Below are positions 23,412 to 34,162 of a DNA stretch of 64,000 nt, one piece after another. Location of the stretch: assembly GCA_002269645.1 (NCBI GenBank), contig NIVC01002936.1, forward strand, positions 46,133 through 110,132, given 5' to 3'. Below the pieces are notes generated by a model. It had not been told where the DNA came from, did no database searches, and saw only the letters and a program-made list of their open reading frames with translations. Both the position numbers and the translations under genes were made by a program. Position 1 is the first letter of the stretch. Each line of letters starts with the position of its first letter. This DNA comes from Macrostomum lignano (taxonomy: Eukaryota).

Positions 23412-25214
23412 TCACTTGTTGTTGATCAACGTGGCGTAATTCATTCGCACCTGCTCAACTAGTTCAGCCGATGGACCACTTGGAGACAGCGGCCACTTCA
23501 ACCAGTTCTCCCACAGTTTCAGGATCTCATTTATCAACTGACGATCTTGAGTCCTCGGTGACTCGTCCAGCTCTCCCAGTACAAGCATGAGACTGAGCAG
23601 GTGGAGCAGCATCACGGACAGCGCCGAGTTGGACTGCAGACTCGACGAGTGATGACGCAACAGTAAAGCTACAGCGTTGCATTCAGCAAACTGCTGGCCA
23701 AGTACCACTCGAAGCTCGCAGCCGGCCTCAGCCCCGACGTCTCCATCGTCAAAGTGCTCAGGATTGACTTCGGAATGCTGCTTCTTCTCGATTGCCGAGT
23801 CAAGACTGTTCTCAGCCGTGGACAGGATTAAGCTGGCTAAGAATCGATGAAAAATTGTCAGATTCAACTCGCACCCGTTCAGAGCCGTTTGCACGTCTGG
23901 CGGCAGATGGTGCTGGTGCTGATGATGATGGTGATGACTGCTGTTGCTATGGTGATGGTGATGCGGCAGGTGCAAATGGAGATGATGATTCCGATGGTGA
24001 TGGTGACTCAGGGCAGTTTCGTAGGATAAAGGAAGCTGCAGTATGTCCTGTCTGGGCTTCTGCGGTGGCTGCTGCGTCGATGTGGACTCTTGTCGGTCGG
24101 CACCGTTGCAAGTGCCTGGCGGCGTGAGGTGCTCAGCCAACAGTCGCAGCAGGTCGCCAGAACCGAGCAGACGAATTATCCGAGTTGGAAGCTGCTCGTC
24201 CAGTTTTGAGCCGAATTCGTCAGTTATAACCAGGGGCTTGGCAGTATCGAAGCCTTGAAAGTTGCCGTGCTTGTCGAATTGCGGGGATGGAAGCGAGAGC
24301 GCCAGTCTGTTGCCATGAGGACTGCTCGCAGGTGTGAAGAAGGATGGCAGCTTGTTATTCACGGTTTTGTACACGGATACTGTACCTTCTCTTCTATCAC
24401 GATAGTGTAAAGTTTAAAATAACTTTAAAATAACATAAAAATCGGGGTTGTAGTCTAGTGGTTAGAGCGTCAGACTCACGACTTGAAGGTCGGGGTTCGA
24501 TTCCCGATCCCACTGGAACAATTTGTACATACTGGAGCAAGACACTTAACTCTGCACTGCTGTAGTTTACTCAGCTGTAAAATATGGATGCTGAGGTAAT
24601 TGAGGATGTGTGGCGACCCCCAGTCCTTGGACTGAACAGCCGTACGCAGCCTTCAGATGCGCCGCGCAATAGCTGCGGCTGAGCTGTCGGTTGCACATCT
24701 GGCCCAACTGGGACAGGTGTAATAAAGTTTTAAAAACACGAACACTACTAAAGCCTAATTCATATTGAGTGCTTGATATGAAAGAAACAAGAATTGAATA
24801 AAATGCTCACCTTTGCTCATCAACAATTCGTTTCTCCAACAGTTTCGGTGAGATCTTGGCCAGCCAATCCAACACGACTTGCCAGCCTTCGGTTGGGTTG
24901 GCAAATTTCGCCAGCCGGCAAGGCAGCTGTGAGCGTCGCTTATTGATGCCGCTGTCTGGACCCTGGGCCGGCGACAGCAGCTCCTTCATCAGCTGGTAGC
25001 CTTTGCGTAGATTCCACAGCAGGCCACTGCCGTGAGCGCTGGAATCATGTCCACCATGGCACTGATGATGGTGCTCCTGATGACTGCTGCCTCCGCTGTG
25101 TCGATGGTGTCTCTTCTCAGAGGATAACTCCTGCTTAGGGATGTTTGATTCTTTCTCATCTGTGTCAGATTGCTCTGGCATCAAATTGTGATTATTTGGA
25201 TTTGTTGCCATCAA
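23412..25214 (-). CDS. Uncharacterised two-exon protein with His-rich tracts (exons 25214-24811 and about 24395-23412)
   Basis: Two long non-repetitive GC-rich ORFs; donor AG|GTGAGC at 24810; a compatible phase-2 acceptor GATAG|A upstream of the second ORF. No family recognised. Confidence 0.6.
24444..24735 (+). mobile_element. tRNA-derived SINE, family A, copy 1
   Basis: A box TAGTCTAGTGG, B box GGTTCGATTCC, central GAGCAAGACACTTAAC...CAGCTGTAAAAT; second copy at about 44735-45025. Confidence 0.85.
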
Positions 25215-25406
25215 TGAATTTTGTTGGGTTGAAATTAAATATTAATATTGATCTCGTGGGGATATGCCAAGCGTTAGCCGTTAAGTACATTGAAAGCATA
25301 GCACTTGACAACCATAGACATTGCTTCTGCAGGCAAAGATTTCTATTGTCAGTTAAAGTGCACAGCAATGCTACTTAATATGCGTACTCGTGGCCTAGAC
25401 ATTTAA

Positions 25407-26327
25407 GGGGAGCACTCCAACTGCCAGCCGGAAAACTGCCAGCCGACAATTGCCAGCCGACAACTGCCCGCCGACAACTGCCAGTCGACAACTGCCAGCC
25501 GATAATTCTGTAATGCCTATTGTAAATATTTCTGTATTGAAAGTTTATTTACTTTATTATTTAATTTGCGATTGCTATATGACGCAATCCTAGATAAGTC
25601 TATTAAACTACTTTACTTAAATAAAGCTTTCAAAGAAAGAGCAAAGGCTACCTAAAATACGAAATTCGAATGCTTTCTCCTTCACATATATACTTCTAAT
25701 GGAAATCTGAAAAAAATAGGGAAGGGAAGGGCGACGTTTAAGGCTACCCCACAAGCCTTTTGCTAGCCAAACAGTTTCGTGCTTTTTACTTAGCTAATAA
25801 GTAGGCTACAGTAGATTCAATTAGCTAGAACTTGTTGGCTGGCAGTTGTCGCCTGGCAGATTTCTCGGCTGGCAGTTGTCGGCTGGCAGTTTTCCGGCTG
25901 GCAGTTTTCTCGGCTGGCAATTGTCGACTGGCAATTGTCGACTGGCAGTTGTCGGCTGGCAGTTTTCCGGCTGGCAGTTTTCTCGGCTGGCAATTGTCGG
26001 CTGGCAGTTGTCGGCTGGCAGTTGTCGGCTGGCAGTTTTCCGGCTGGCAGTTTTCTCGGCTGGCAATTGTCGACTGGCAGTTGTCGGCTGGCAGTTTTCC
26101 GGCTGGCAGTTTTCTCGGCTGGCAATTGTCGGCTGGCAGTTTTCCGGCTGGCAGTTGTCGGCTGGCAGTTTTCCGGCTGGCAGTTTTCTCGGCTGGCAAT
26201 TGTCGGCTGGCAGTTGTCGACTGGCAGTTGTCGGCTGGCAGTTGTCGGCTGGCAATTGTCGGCTGGCAGTTTTCCGGCTGGCAGTTGTCGGCTGGCAGTT
26301 TTCCGGCTGGCAGTTGGGGTGGACCCC
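25407..26327. mobile_element. Non-autonomous TIR (foldback/MITE-like) element with inverted 14-bp subterminal repeats, 6-bp TSD ATTTAA
   Basis: Left end GGGGAGCACTCCAACTGCCAGCCGGAAAACTGCC; right end is its near reverse complement; ATTTAA at 25401-25406 and 26328-26333. Confidence 0.8.
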
Positions 26328-26499
26328 ATTTAAGCACTCTAGTACTTATCTCTTGTTGGCTCTGTCAACCACATTCACAACGAGGGTCGAGGAGGTCTAA
26401 CACCAGGTAGTTGTCTCTCGCTCCCGTCTAGCCATGACTGCATTGTTCTGCCTGGCTTCTCTGTCCCTTGGATACTTCTAAATAGTACATTGCTTGAAC

Positions 26500-27560
26500 A
26501 GGAGAGAGGAATTGCAGCCTTTGACTGATGTTCTCCAACGCGTCATATACGTTCATGTACGTATCGCTTGGAGACTTGGAAGCCGACTTTGAGAGGTCAG
26601 AGCGCCTGCTCAGAGACCAGAGCGACAATGAGGAGCTGCAGCTGCGGCTTCTGGACCAGCTCGAGCCGAAGAAAAATACGCTTTTGAGAGGGAGAGAATG
26701 TTTGATCCGTTGATCCGTCAGGAATAAGGCTGAATTGCAAAGGTGGGTGCGGAGTGAGGTGGGTGAGGAGTGAGGTGGGTGAGGAGTGAGGTGGATGTGG
26801 ATTGAGGTGGGTGTGGAGTGAGGTGGGTGAGGAGTGAGGTGGGTGTGGAGTGAGGTGGGTGTAGAGTGAGGTGGGTGTGCAATATTCAGTGGCTAGTTGT
26901 GTGCAACAACACTAGAGGATTCGTTGCTGACAGCTCAGGCCGTGTGGTTTCTGCGAGACTCGGCGAGAGGCGCCGGAAAGGCTGTTTCAGTTCTGCATCC
27001 TAGCATCGTTTAATTCAACAAAAATATTTTTGGTGCTGTCTGTGGACGGCTCACACAAGTTAGGATGCCAGTGCGCGACATCATGCAACTGGAACAAGAA
27101 AGTCTTTCTTGTAGATAATGCCACCGTCAGCTGCTGTTTATTGCTCAGTCTGACGCAGTCACAGTAGTGACGGACCTGAGCGGTCACGCGGTGCGTCGAG
27201 TCCGCCCACACAACGTGGGCTTCGGTGACATCTGTGGAATCGGTGGCAACGCAGCCTTCGTGTTTGTGTCCAGTGGAAACAAAATTGCTGCATTCAGCAA
27301 AGCGACTTGGCAGATGAAGACGGTAATCACGCTGTCTCAGCTTCCTGATGCTCGGCTGGGTAACCCGACGACTCACGACAACTGCATTCTGGTGACAGAC
27401 AGGAAGTAATCAGGTGCACAGAGTGCGCATCGACACCCAGCAGCCTTCCCGGCTCAGCGTTCCGGCCTCCCAACAGTTTGATCAGCCAGCTAATGTCGCC
27501 ATTGACTGCAGAGGCCGCCTGTTTGTGAGTGAAATTGTATGGTCACTCAGTGTGTGCAGA
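26500..27560 (+). pseudogene. Decayed coiled-coil plus NHL/beta-propeller gene (TRIM-NHL-like)
   Basis: Fragments GFVADSSGRV, ILVTDRK/NQVHRV and QQFDQPANVAIDCRGRLFVSE, separated by stops and frameshifts; 16-bp repeat at 26742-26878. Confidence 0.5.
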
Positions 27561-27707
27561 GGTTGCAGATGAGGGGTCGCTGCTGTGGACGCTCGCGTGG
27601 TCACGGGGTGATGACTAGTGGTCCAACTCCAGGCTTTTAAAACATAGATTAGATTTGTATGTCCTTGAACTGTTATTGGTTCATGGTAAACATTTTGTTT
27701 ATTAATA

Positions 27708-29899
27708 TGATGTAACCGCCCTTGTCGCCTGTCCGCTCCTATTGAGAGACGAACGCTTGGCTAGAGGGGGCGATGACCGTAGGCTGCCTATGACCGGGCA
27801 ATGACCTGACGGACCTCCAGCACCAGACTGTCCCGCCCACATGATTAGTAGCTTTGGTAGCGCTTCGTGACCAGAGGGCCAAGGACCCACATGGACCCCA
27901 CCTGTAGCCAAGGTGCAATAGTTGGTCACTCGGTCATGGTATGACCGAGTGGCTGCCACCACTCTATGTGACCTGGCGCACCTGGATCTTTCTACCAGAC
28001 CTCTCGAGGCTAGAGCCCCGCCTGGAGTGGTTACCAGGGGATTTAGGCTAACAGGGGAGACGCATGCAGCCGAGTACAGGGACTCTGCTTGGGGCATGAT
28101 CGGGAACTCTGGGCTCAATCCTGGAGGATTTCTCAGCAGGGGATCCTTTGTGGCTGTGAGCGAGGCTGGCTTGCGACTTTGATTACTAAGAGTAGTATGA
28201 GGCGAACATGTACTGTCTACAGTTTAGATTGCTCAGGGCGAAGGGACGCGTTAGCATGGGGTTGCAACCTTCCTACTGCCATTCTGTGCCAAGACTCGCT
28301 ACTCCCTCTACTGCACGCACACGCGGCCCCGCAGCACGCACTCACAGGCGGGCTTTGCACGGGGGGAGGCCATTAGCTTACCCAAACTTCCCTATGCTTT
28401 GCCACCCCGGGAGAAAGGCTTAGCAAGCCATGAGTGAAATGATGGTGAAAGATTGAATAATGATGAAGTTAGTTAATAGTTAATAATTAGGCCCTTAGGC
28501 GAATAATCAGGCAATTAGGCGGCTTCACTATTGAGTAAAATACAGCAAAAGATACGGTATCACAATTGGCTCAGCTCTCTAATCAGACAATGGAAAATAG
28601 GCAAACCCCGGATAAGCAAAGGCAATTAGAGCACAAATTAGTAACAGGAACTTACCGGCAGCTGCACAGAGAGAGAGAGGCGGAGTGGCCGAGGGTGGCT
28701 GTAGGCTGCGGTCAGGCAGACAGTGGAGCGGCGATGCGCTGGAGCGACGAGGCGCTGATGTAGATCAGGCGATGCTGATGATGCTGGGCGGTATCAGACC
28801 GCTGGCCGATAGGCGAGCTCACTTGGGGAGCTAAGGATAACTTGGCGGTAACAGACCGCGGACCGGCAGGGATTCGTCTTATAGACGAATGGGTCAGAAC
28901 TCAGTCTGACGGCAAGCCCAAAGAGGCGGAAAGTCTGAGGATTCTCATGCCGAAATCGCTTCCTTTTATAGACCTCACAGCCGCCTCCTCAAGGTCGTTA
29001 CCATGGCTCCCTCTCTCTGATTGGCTGCCGGCAGAATGACGTCAGAATGAGTCATGATGAGAAGCATGAGACCGGCATAGCAACATGAGAAATCGGGAAA
29101 TTGCGCAATCCGGAGGTGGGGTGGGGGATAATTGGCGCAGCGGGTGGTCGCGAAAGTGTTGCGCAAGCAAACATTGAGAACAATAGGGCTGGGGTCGAGA
29201 ACAAAGGAATTGGAAAACGGGGATAATTGGGGAGAACTGAGAACAATGGAAAAGTAAACATTGGGGAAAAGGTGATAATTAGGTGCGAAAACGAGAACAA
29301 AAGAAAGAGAAAATCGGAGAAAATGTGATAATTGGTGGGGTCGAGAGAACAAAAGAAGCAAAAACGAGAACAATAGAAGCGGAGGTGGGGTGGGTGTCGC
29401 ATGAGAAATTTGGGGAGGAGAACAATGGCGTGAGAAAAGATTGCGCAAGAGAGGGGGATGAGTCATCGATGAGTCACCGAGGGGAGAAGGGGTCACACGA
29501 CTTGCGTCACCGTTTGGGAGTCTGAGAGGGGATGGGGAGACGGTGAGCACACAAAATACTGTAAGTAGACACAGGGAAAGAGGGGACAGCGCAGGAAAAG
29601 AGTGCAGAGGGAGACAAAAAGAGGGGAGATAGGGAAAGTACAGGAAGAATAGGGCGGAAAACAGAAGAGATAAGGTAGAGGGGAGGTACAGAAAGGGGTA
29701 GGGGGCTCCGGAAAGGCAGGTGTGGCGGCAGGGGAGACGGGACCAAGGCAGCAGGAGGGGTGCAGCAGAGCGGGAGTCTCCAGGCCCGGTCGGAGACCTG
29801 GCCGAGTCTCGACAGCTCTGTGCAGAGGGTGCACGGGATAGGAGGCACTTTCGAAAAAGTTCCCATGCCCTATCCCGCGACCAGAGCGTGGTTACATCA
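27708..29899 (-). mobile_element. Solo LTR, 2192 bp, 4-bp TSD AATA
   Basis: TG...CA ends with 10-bp inverted termini TGATGTAACC/GGTTACATCA; AATA at 27704-27707 and 29900-29903; minus-strand CCAAT (about 29020) and TATAAAA (28964-28970); no coding capacity. Confidence 0.75.
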
Positions 29900-30331
29900 A
29901 ATACTATTTTGGAGTGAATTTTATTATCGAGCAAAGGTATAAAGATTTGTATTGCCGAAATGATTTTCAAAATGTGACCAGTCTGAATGACGGCAGCAGC
30001 ATCAAAGTTGGGTGACCTTGAGCTTCCCTATATGTACTTTCTGGCTCACAGAAAAAGTCACCACATCTTATTAGAACTTTGAGAACGAGTAGATTTGAAG
30101 CTCAATTTTTCAGTAATGAACTTTCAATTGAATCAGACTTTGAAATCTAGAGAGTAAAGGCAAATAAATAAGCGAAAACTACTTTAATGCAAAGTTAGGC
30201 AATTTTTATTGAAACGATTTATTTATAAGGTTACTACTTAAATCGAAACAGAGTTTTTATTCAAAAATAAATCAACGCTAGTTATTAGACTTCAAGATGA
30301 TATTGACTGTCGCCATGGCAACTGCATGGTC

Positions 30332-31581
30332 TCAGTTCATCGTCAGTACTTCGTAGTCGTCAACGATCTTGTGCTCCTTGCCGCCCCAGGAGATGTAGGC
30401 GCACTCCAGATCAGGTTGGGCCTTACCGCAGCAGACCTCGCCTTCGAACTGGGAGGTAATTAGGGTGCATGATTAGGTTAACATTTGGTTAATTGTTGCT
30501 ACAGAGGTGGTTGCAAGGTTTTTTGATGGGTGCCATTTTATGGGGCGTCATCTTAGGGGAGCATCATCTTAAGGGGGCGTCATCTTAGGGGGGCGTCATC
30601 TTAGGGGGGCGTCATCTTAGGGGGGCGTCATCTTCGGGGAGCGTCATCTTAGGGGGGCGTCATCTTAGGGGGGGGGCGTCATCTTAGGGGGGGGCGTCAT
30701 CTTAGGGGGGGGCGTCATCTTCGGGGAGCGTCATCTTCGGGAGCGTCATCTTCGGAGAGCGTCATCTTCGGGGAGCGTCATCTTCGGGAGCGTCATCTTC
30801 GGGAGCGTCATCTTCAGAGAGCGTCATGCGTCATTTTGGGGGGCGTCATCTTAGGGGGGGGGCGTCATCTTTGGGGAGCGTCATCTTCGGGAAGCGTCAT
30901 CTTCGGGGAGCGTCATCTTAGAGGAGCGTCATCTTAGGGGAGCGTCATCTTAGGGGCGTCATGCGTCATTTTAGGGGGCGTCATCTTAGGGTAGCGTCAT
31001 CTTAGGGGGCGTCATGCGTCATTTTAGGGGGGCGTCATCTTAGGGTAGCGTCATCTTAGGGGCGTCATCTTAGGGGGCGTTATCTTAGGGGAGGGGGCGT
31101 CATGCGTTATCTTAGGGGGGGGGTTCGCATGTTATTCATAATTAGTTGTCAGCCTATTGGGGACAGCGGCTATGACCCTGCATGGGTAAAGGTTAAAAGT
31201 AGCCACAGGAATTGACGCACTCACCGTAGCTCGAGCAACGTACAGTGGAGCGCCATTGTCATAGCCGGAGACCAGAGCCCCCTTTGGCACCGAATTGCCT
31301 TAGCTGGCAGCCATTGGTAGCCGCAGCGAAGTGGCCAATCTCAGAGGAGACCAGAACCTCGTACTCGCTGTAGGGAACCTCCTCGTCGCCGTATGGCACG
31401 TAGGCGCTGGTGTGACCGGCGGATAATTTCCCGGGCACCCACTCGCCCTCGTGTTTGGCCCTAGCAACGTAGCAATCCTCTCCGGCTTTGACAGCCCCGG
31501 CTGGGATGTCACCGTTGGAAGCCGGGTGCCAACTGAGCACAGCTCGATGCCCTCGATGTCGTTGTGATTCACTCGGCTCAT
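30332..31581 (-). CDS. DM9-repeat (DUF3421) protein, two exons (31581-31225, 30448-30332), three 1-nt frameshifts in exon 1
   Basis: LSWHPASNGDIPAGAVKAG...YVARAKHEGEWVPGK...AYVPYGDEE..YSEYEVLV; second repeat ...VPKGALVSGYDNGAPLYVARAT|FEGEVCCGK...AYISWGGKEH...YEVL. Donor GTGAGT, acceptor CCCAG. Confidence 0.8.
30545..31125. repeat. Intronic about 15-16-bp minisatellite
   Basis: Unit GGGGGCGTCATCTTA(G). Confidence 0.9.
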
Positions 31582-31776
31582 GTTGGAAGGTTTAGTAGTT
31601 GTGTAGTTAGAAATAGGCACTGAGACGAAATCTATGCTGGTGGTGTGTTTTTTATTCAATAGCTAAACCGCAGCCGATTATATACCACATCAAAAAGTTT
31701 ATTGCGAACTTAATAAGCGGCTGGGTGATGACTAATGACGGTGGGTGTTTATTTTATTATAAACCTTATAGTGTGG

Positions 31777-32441
31777 NNNNNNNNNNNNNNNNNNNNNNNN
31801 NNNNNNNNNNNNNNNNNNNNNNNNNNNNNNNNNNNNNNNNNNNNNNNNNNNNNNNNNNNNNNNNNNNNNNNNNNNNNNNNNNNNNNNNNNNNNNNNNNNN
31901 NNNNNNNNNNNNNNNNNNNNNNNNNNNNNNNNNNNNNNNNNNNNNNNNNNNNNNNNNNNNNNNNNNNNNNNNNNNNNNNNNNNNNNNNNNNNNNNNNNNN
32001 NNNNNNNNNNNNNNNNNNNNNNNNNNNNNNNNNNNNNNNNNNNNNNNNNNNNNNNNNNNNNNNNNNNNNNNNNNNNNNNNNNNNNNNNNNNNNNNNNNNN
32101 NNNNNNNNNNNNNNNNNNNNNNNNNNNNNNNNNNNNNNNNNNNNNNNNNNNNNNNNNNNNNNNNNNNNNNNNNNNNNNNNNNNNNNNNNNNNNNNNNNNN
32201 NNNNNNNNNNNNNNNNNNNNNNNNNNNNNNNNNNNNNNNNNNNNNNNNNNNNNNNNNNNNNNNNNNNNNNNNNNNNNNNNNNNNNNNNNNNNNNNNNNNN
32301 NNNNNNNNNNNNNNNNNNNNNNNNNNNNNNNNNNNNNNNNNNNNNNNNNNNNNNNNNNNNNNNNNNNNNNNNNNNNNNNNNNNNNNNNNNNNNNNNNNNN
32401 NNNNNNNNNNNNNNNNNNNNNNNNNNNNNNNNNNNNNNNNN
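31777..32441. other. Assembly gap (665 N)
   Basis: Run of N. Confidence 1.
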
Positions 32442-32672
32442 CTATAGGCGGCAACATCAAAGACTTCAGATGATTATAGCTAAGCTATAGGCGGCAACAT
32501 CAAAGAGTTCAGATGATTATAGCTAAGCTAGGCGGCAACATCAGAGTTCAGATGATTATAGCTAAGCTATAGGCGGCAACATCAAAGAGTTCAGATGATT
32601 ATACGCTCGTAATTAGGATAGGCGGCAACATCAAAGAGTTCAGATGACTATAATTTAGCTAGGCGGCAACTT
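32442..32672. repeat. About 43-bp tandem repeat at the contig edge
   Basis: Unit CTATAGGCGGCAACATCAAAGAGTTCAGATGATTATAGCTAAG. Confidence 0.9.
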
Positions 32673-34162
32673 CAACGATCACTAAAATTTGCATCAATAT
32701 TACTCTCAACGCATATCCCCATCGACTCCGCAGGTGTTCGGACCAATCAGCAACGCTATGCTGGACATCCTAATCAAGGTGATGGACAGCTGGGTCGGGA
32801 CGCAGCTATTTAACATCTTGAAAACTGTTCTTCGGCTAATTGGTCAGCTGGGCTAATCTGGCAAATCAATTAATGTTACGAAATGAGGTTTATTGTCCAA
32901 CAAATTAAATAGGAACTTTTCTGAGTGTAATGCGAAATAAAAAATTAAGCTTGGGCAATTGAAATCAAGCATTTTGACTTCTTTATTATTTATTTATTTG
33001 TTTAATTTTGCCATTAACGCTTGCTAAAGCAGACATAAAAAAATGTAACGATAATTATCACAGATTTCTTGGCAGAAAGTACATCAATAATTATCGTTAT
33101 AAATACGTATAAATATTATAGAAAGCATGACAAACCAGATCAGCAACAGAAAACCAAGAAAAAGCACAGAGAGAAGCCAATAGAAGATTACTTACCTAGA
33201 AAATAAATGGTGCAAAACAGTATAATTATTGGGAATATTCTTCTTTTCCTCAACATACTACTTTAAGGCAAGTAGCTTTGACGCCAGCATTAAAGAGCAA
33301 AAATATTTTATTTAAAAGTTTAACAAATAAAGTGTGAGCAACACAGCGTGTTGTTGCAAGGAAAACCATTGAAATTTGTGGAATGCACTGATTTTTTATT
33401 GAGGAGTTCTGGACGGAGTTTGAGTTAATAAAATTAATAAGCAGGAAAACAGCGCAATGAAAACCAACATCAAAGAATTTATGCATTGGGGAATCTTGCA
33501 TAGGGAAACAAATTCATTGAGTAACCTGCTTAACTGGGGAAATTCAAAATTGGGGCATCTTAAATTGGGAAATCCTTGAAACCGAATAATTCTACAATGG
33601 AGAATCCCCATATTGGGAATCCTCAATTTGGAATCCCTAACTCTTGAGTCCTAAATTGGTCTTAAACTGGGAAATCCCTAAATTGGGGAATCCCTAAACG
33701 GAAAAATCCTAAAACTAGGGAATTCTTAATAGGGGAATCCCTAACTCTGGGTTCCTATATTGGGGAATCCCTAAACTGGAAAATCCCTTCTAGGAAATCT
33801 CTTTAGGTGAATTCCTAAAATTCGGAATCATTCAGAGAATTCTATAAAAGCACAAGTTTAAAACAAACCACACGCACAAGCAAACAGAAATAGTAAAAAA
33901 TTAACTCAAGTAGAAAAGGCTATTAAGAAAACACGAACAGAAATCTTAAAGACACAATTTATTAGGGCATGCAAAACAAAGCAAAACGCTTTTAAAGTTG
34001 TTCTCATATTTTTCAACGAAGTCATTAGGCAGCCTTATGCGCTAAAAAAAAACAAACAAAGCAAGAAAGAAAGAGATAAACAAAAACAAACAACTGGATC
34101 TAAGGCAAATGATGATATAAACCCGAATCTTAGACGCCAACTAAGTTCAGTTTGTTCTCAAA

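Noticed and set aside
24444-24515. Possible tRNA gene
   Set aside because: The T-stem is imperfect and the head continues into a SINE body that recurs at 44735-45025.
31725-32490. Three about 240-aa ORFs
   Set aside because: Artefacts of translating through the N gap.
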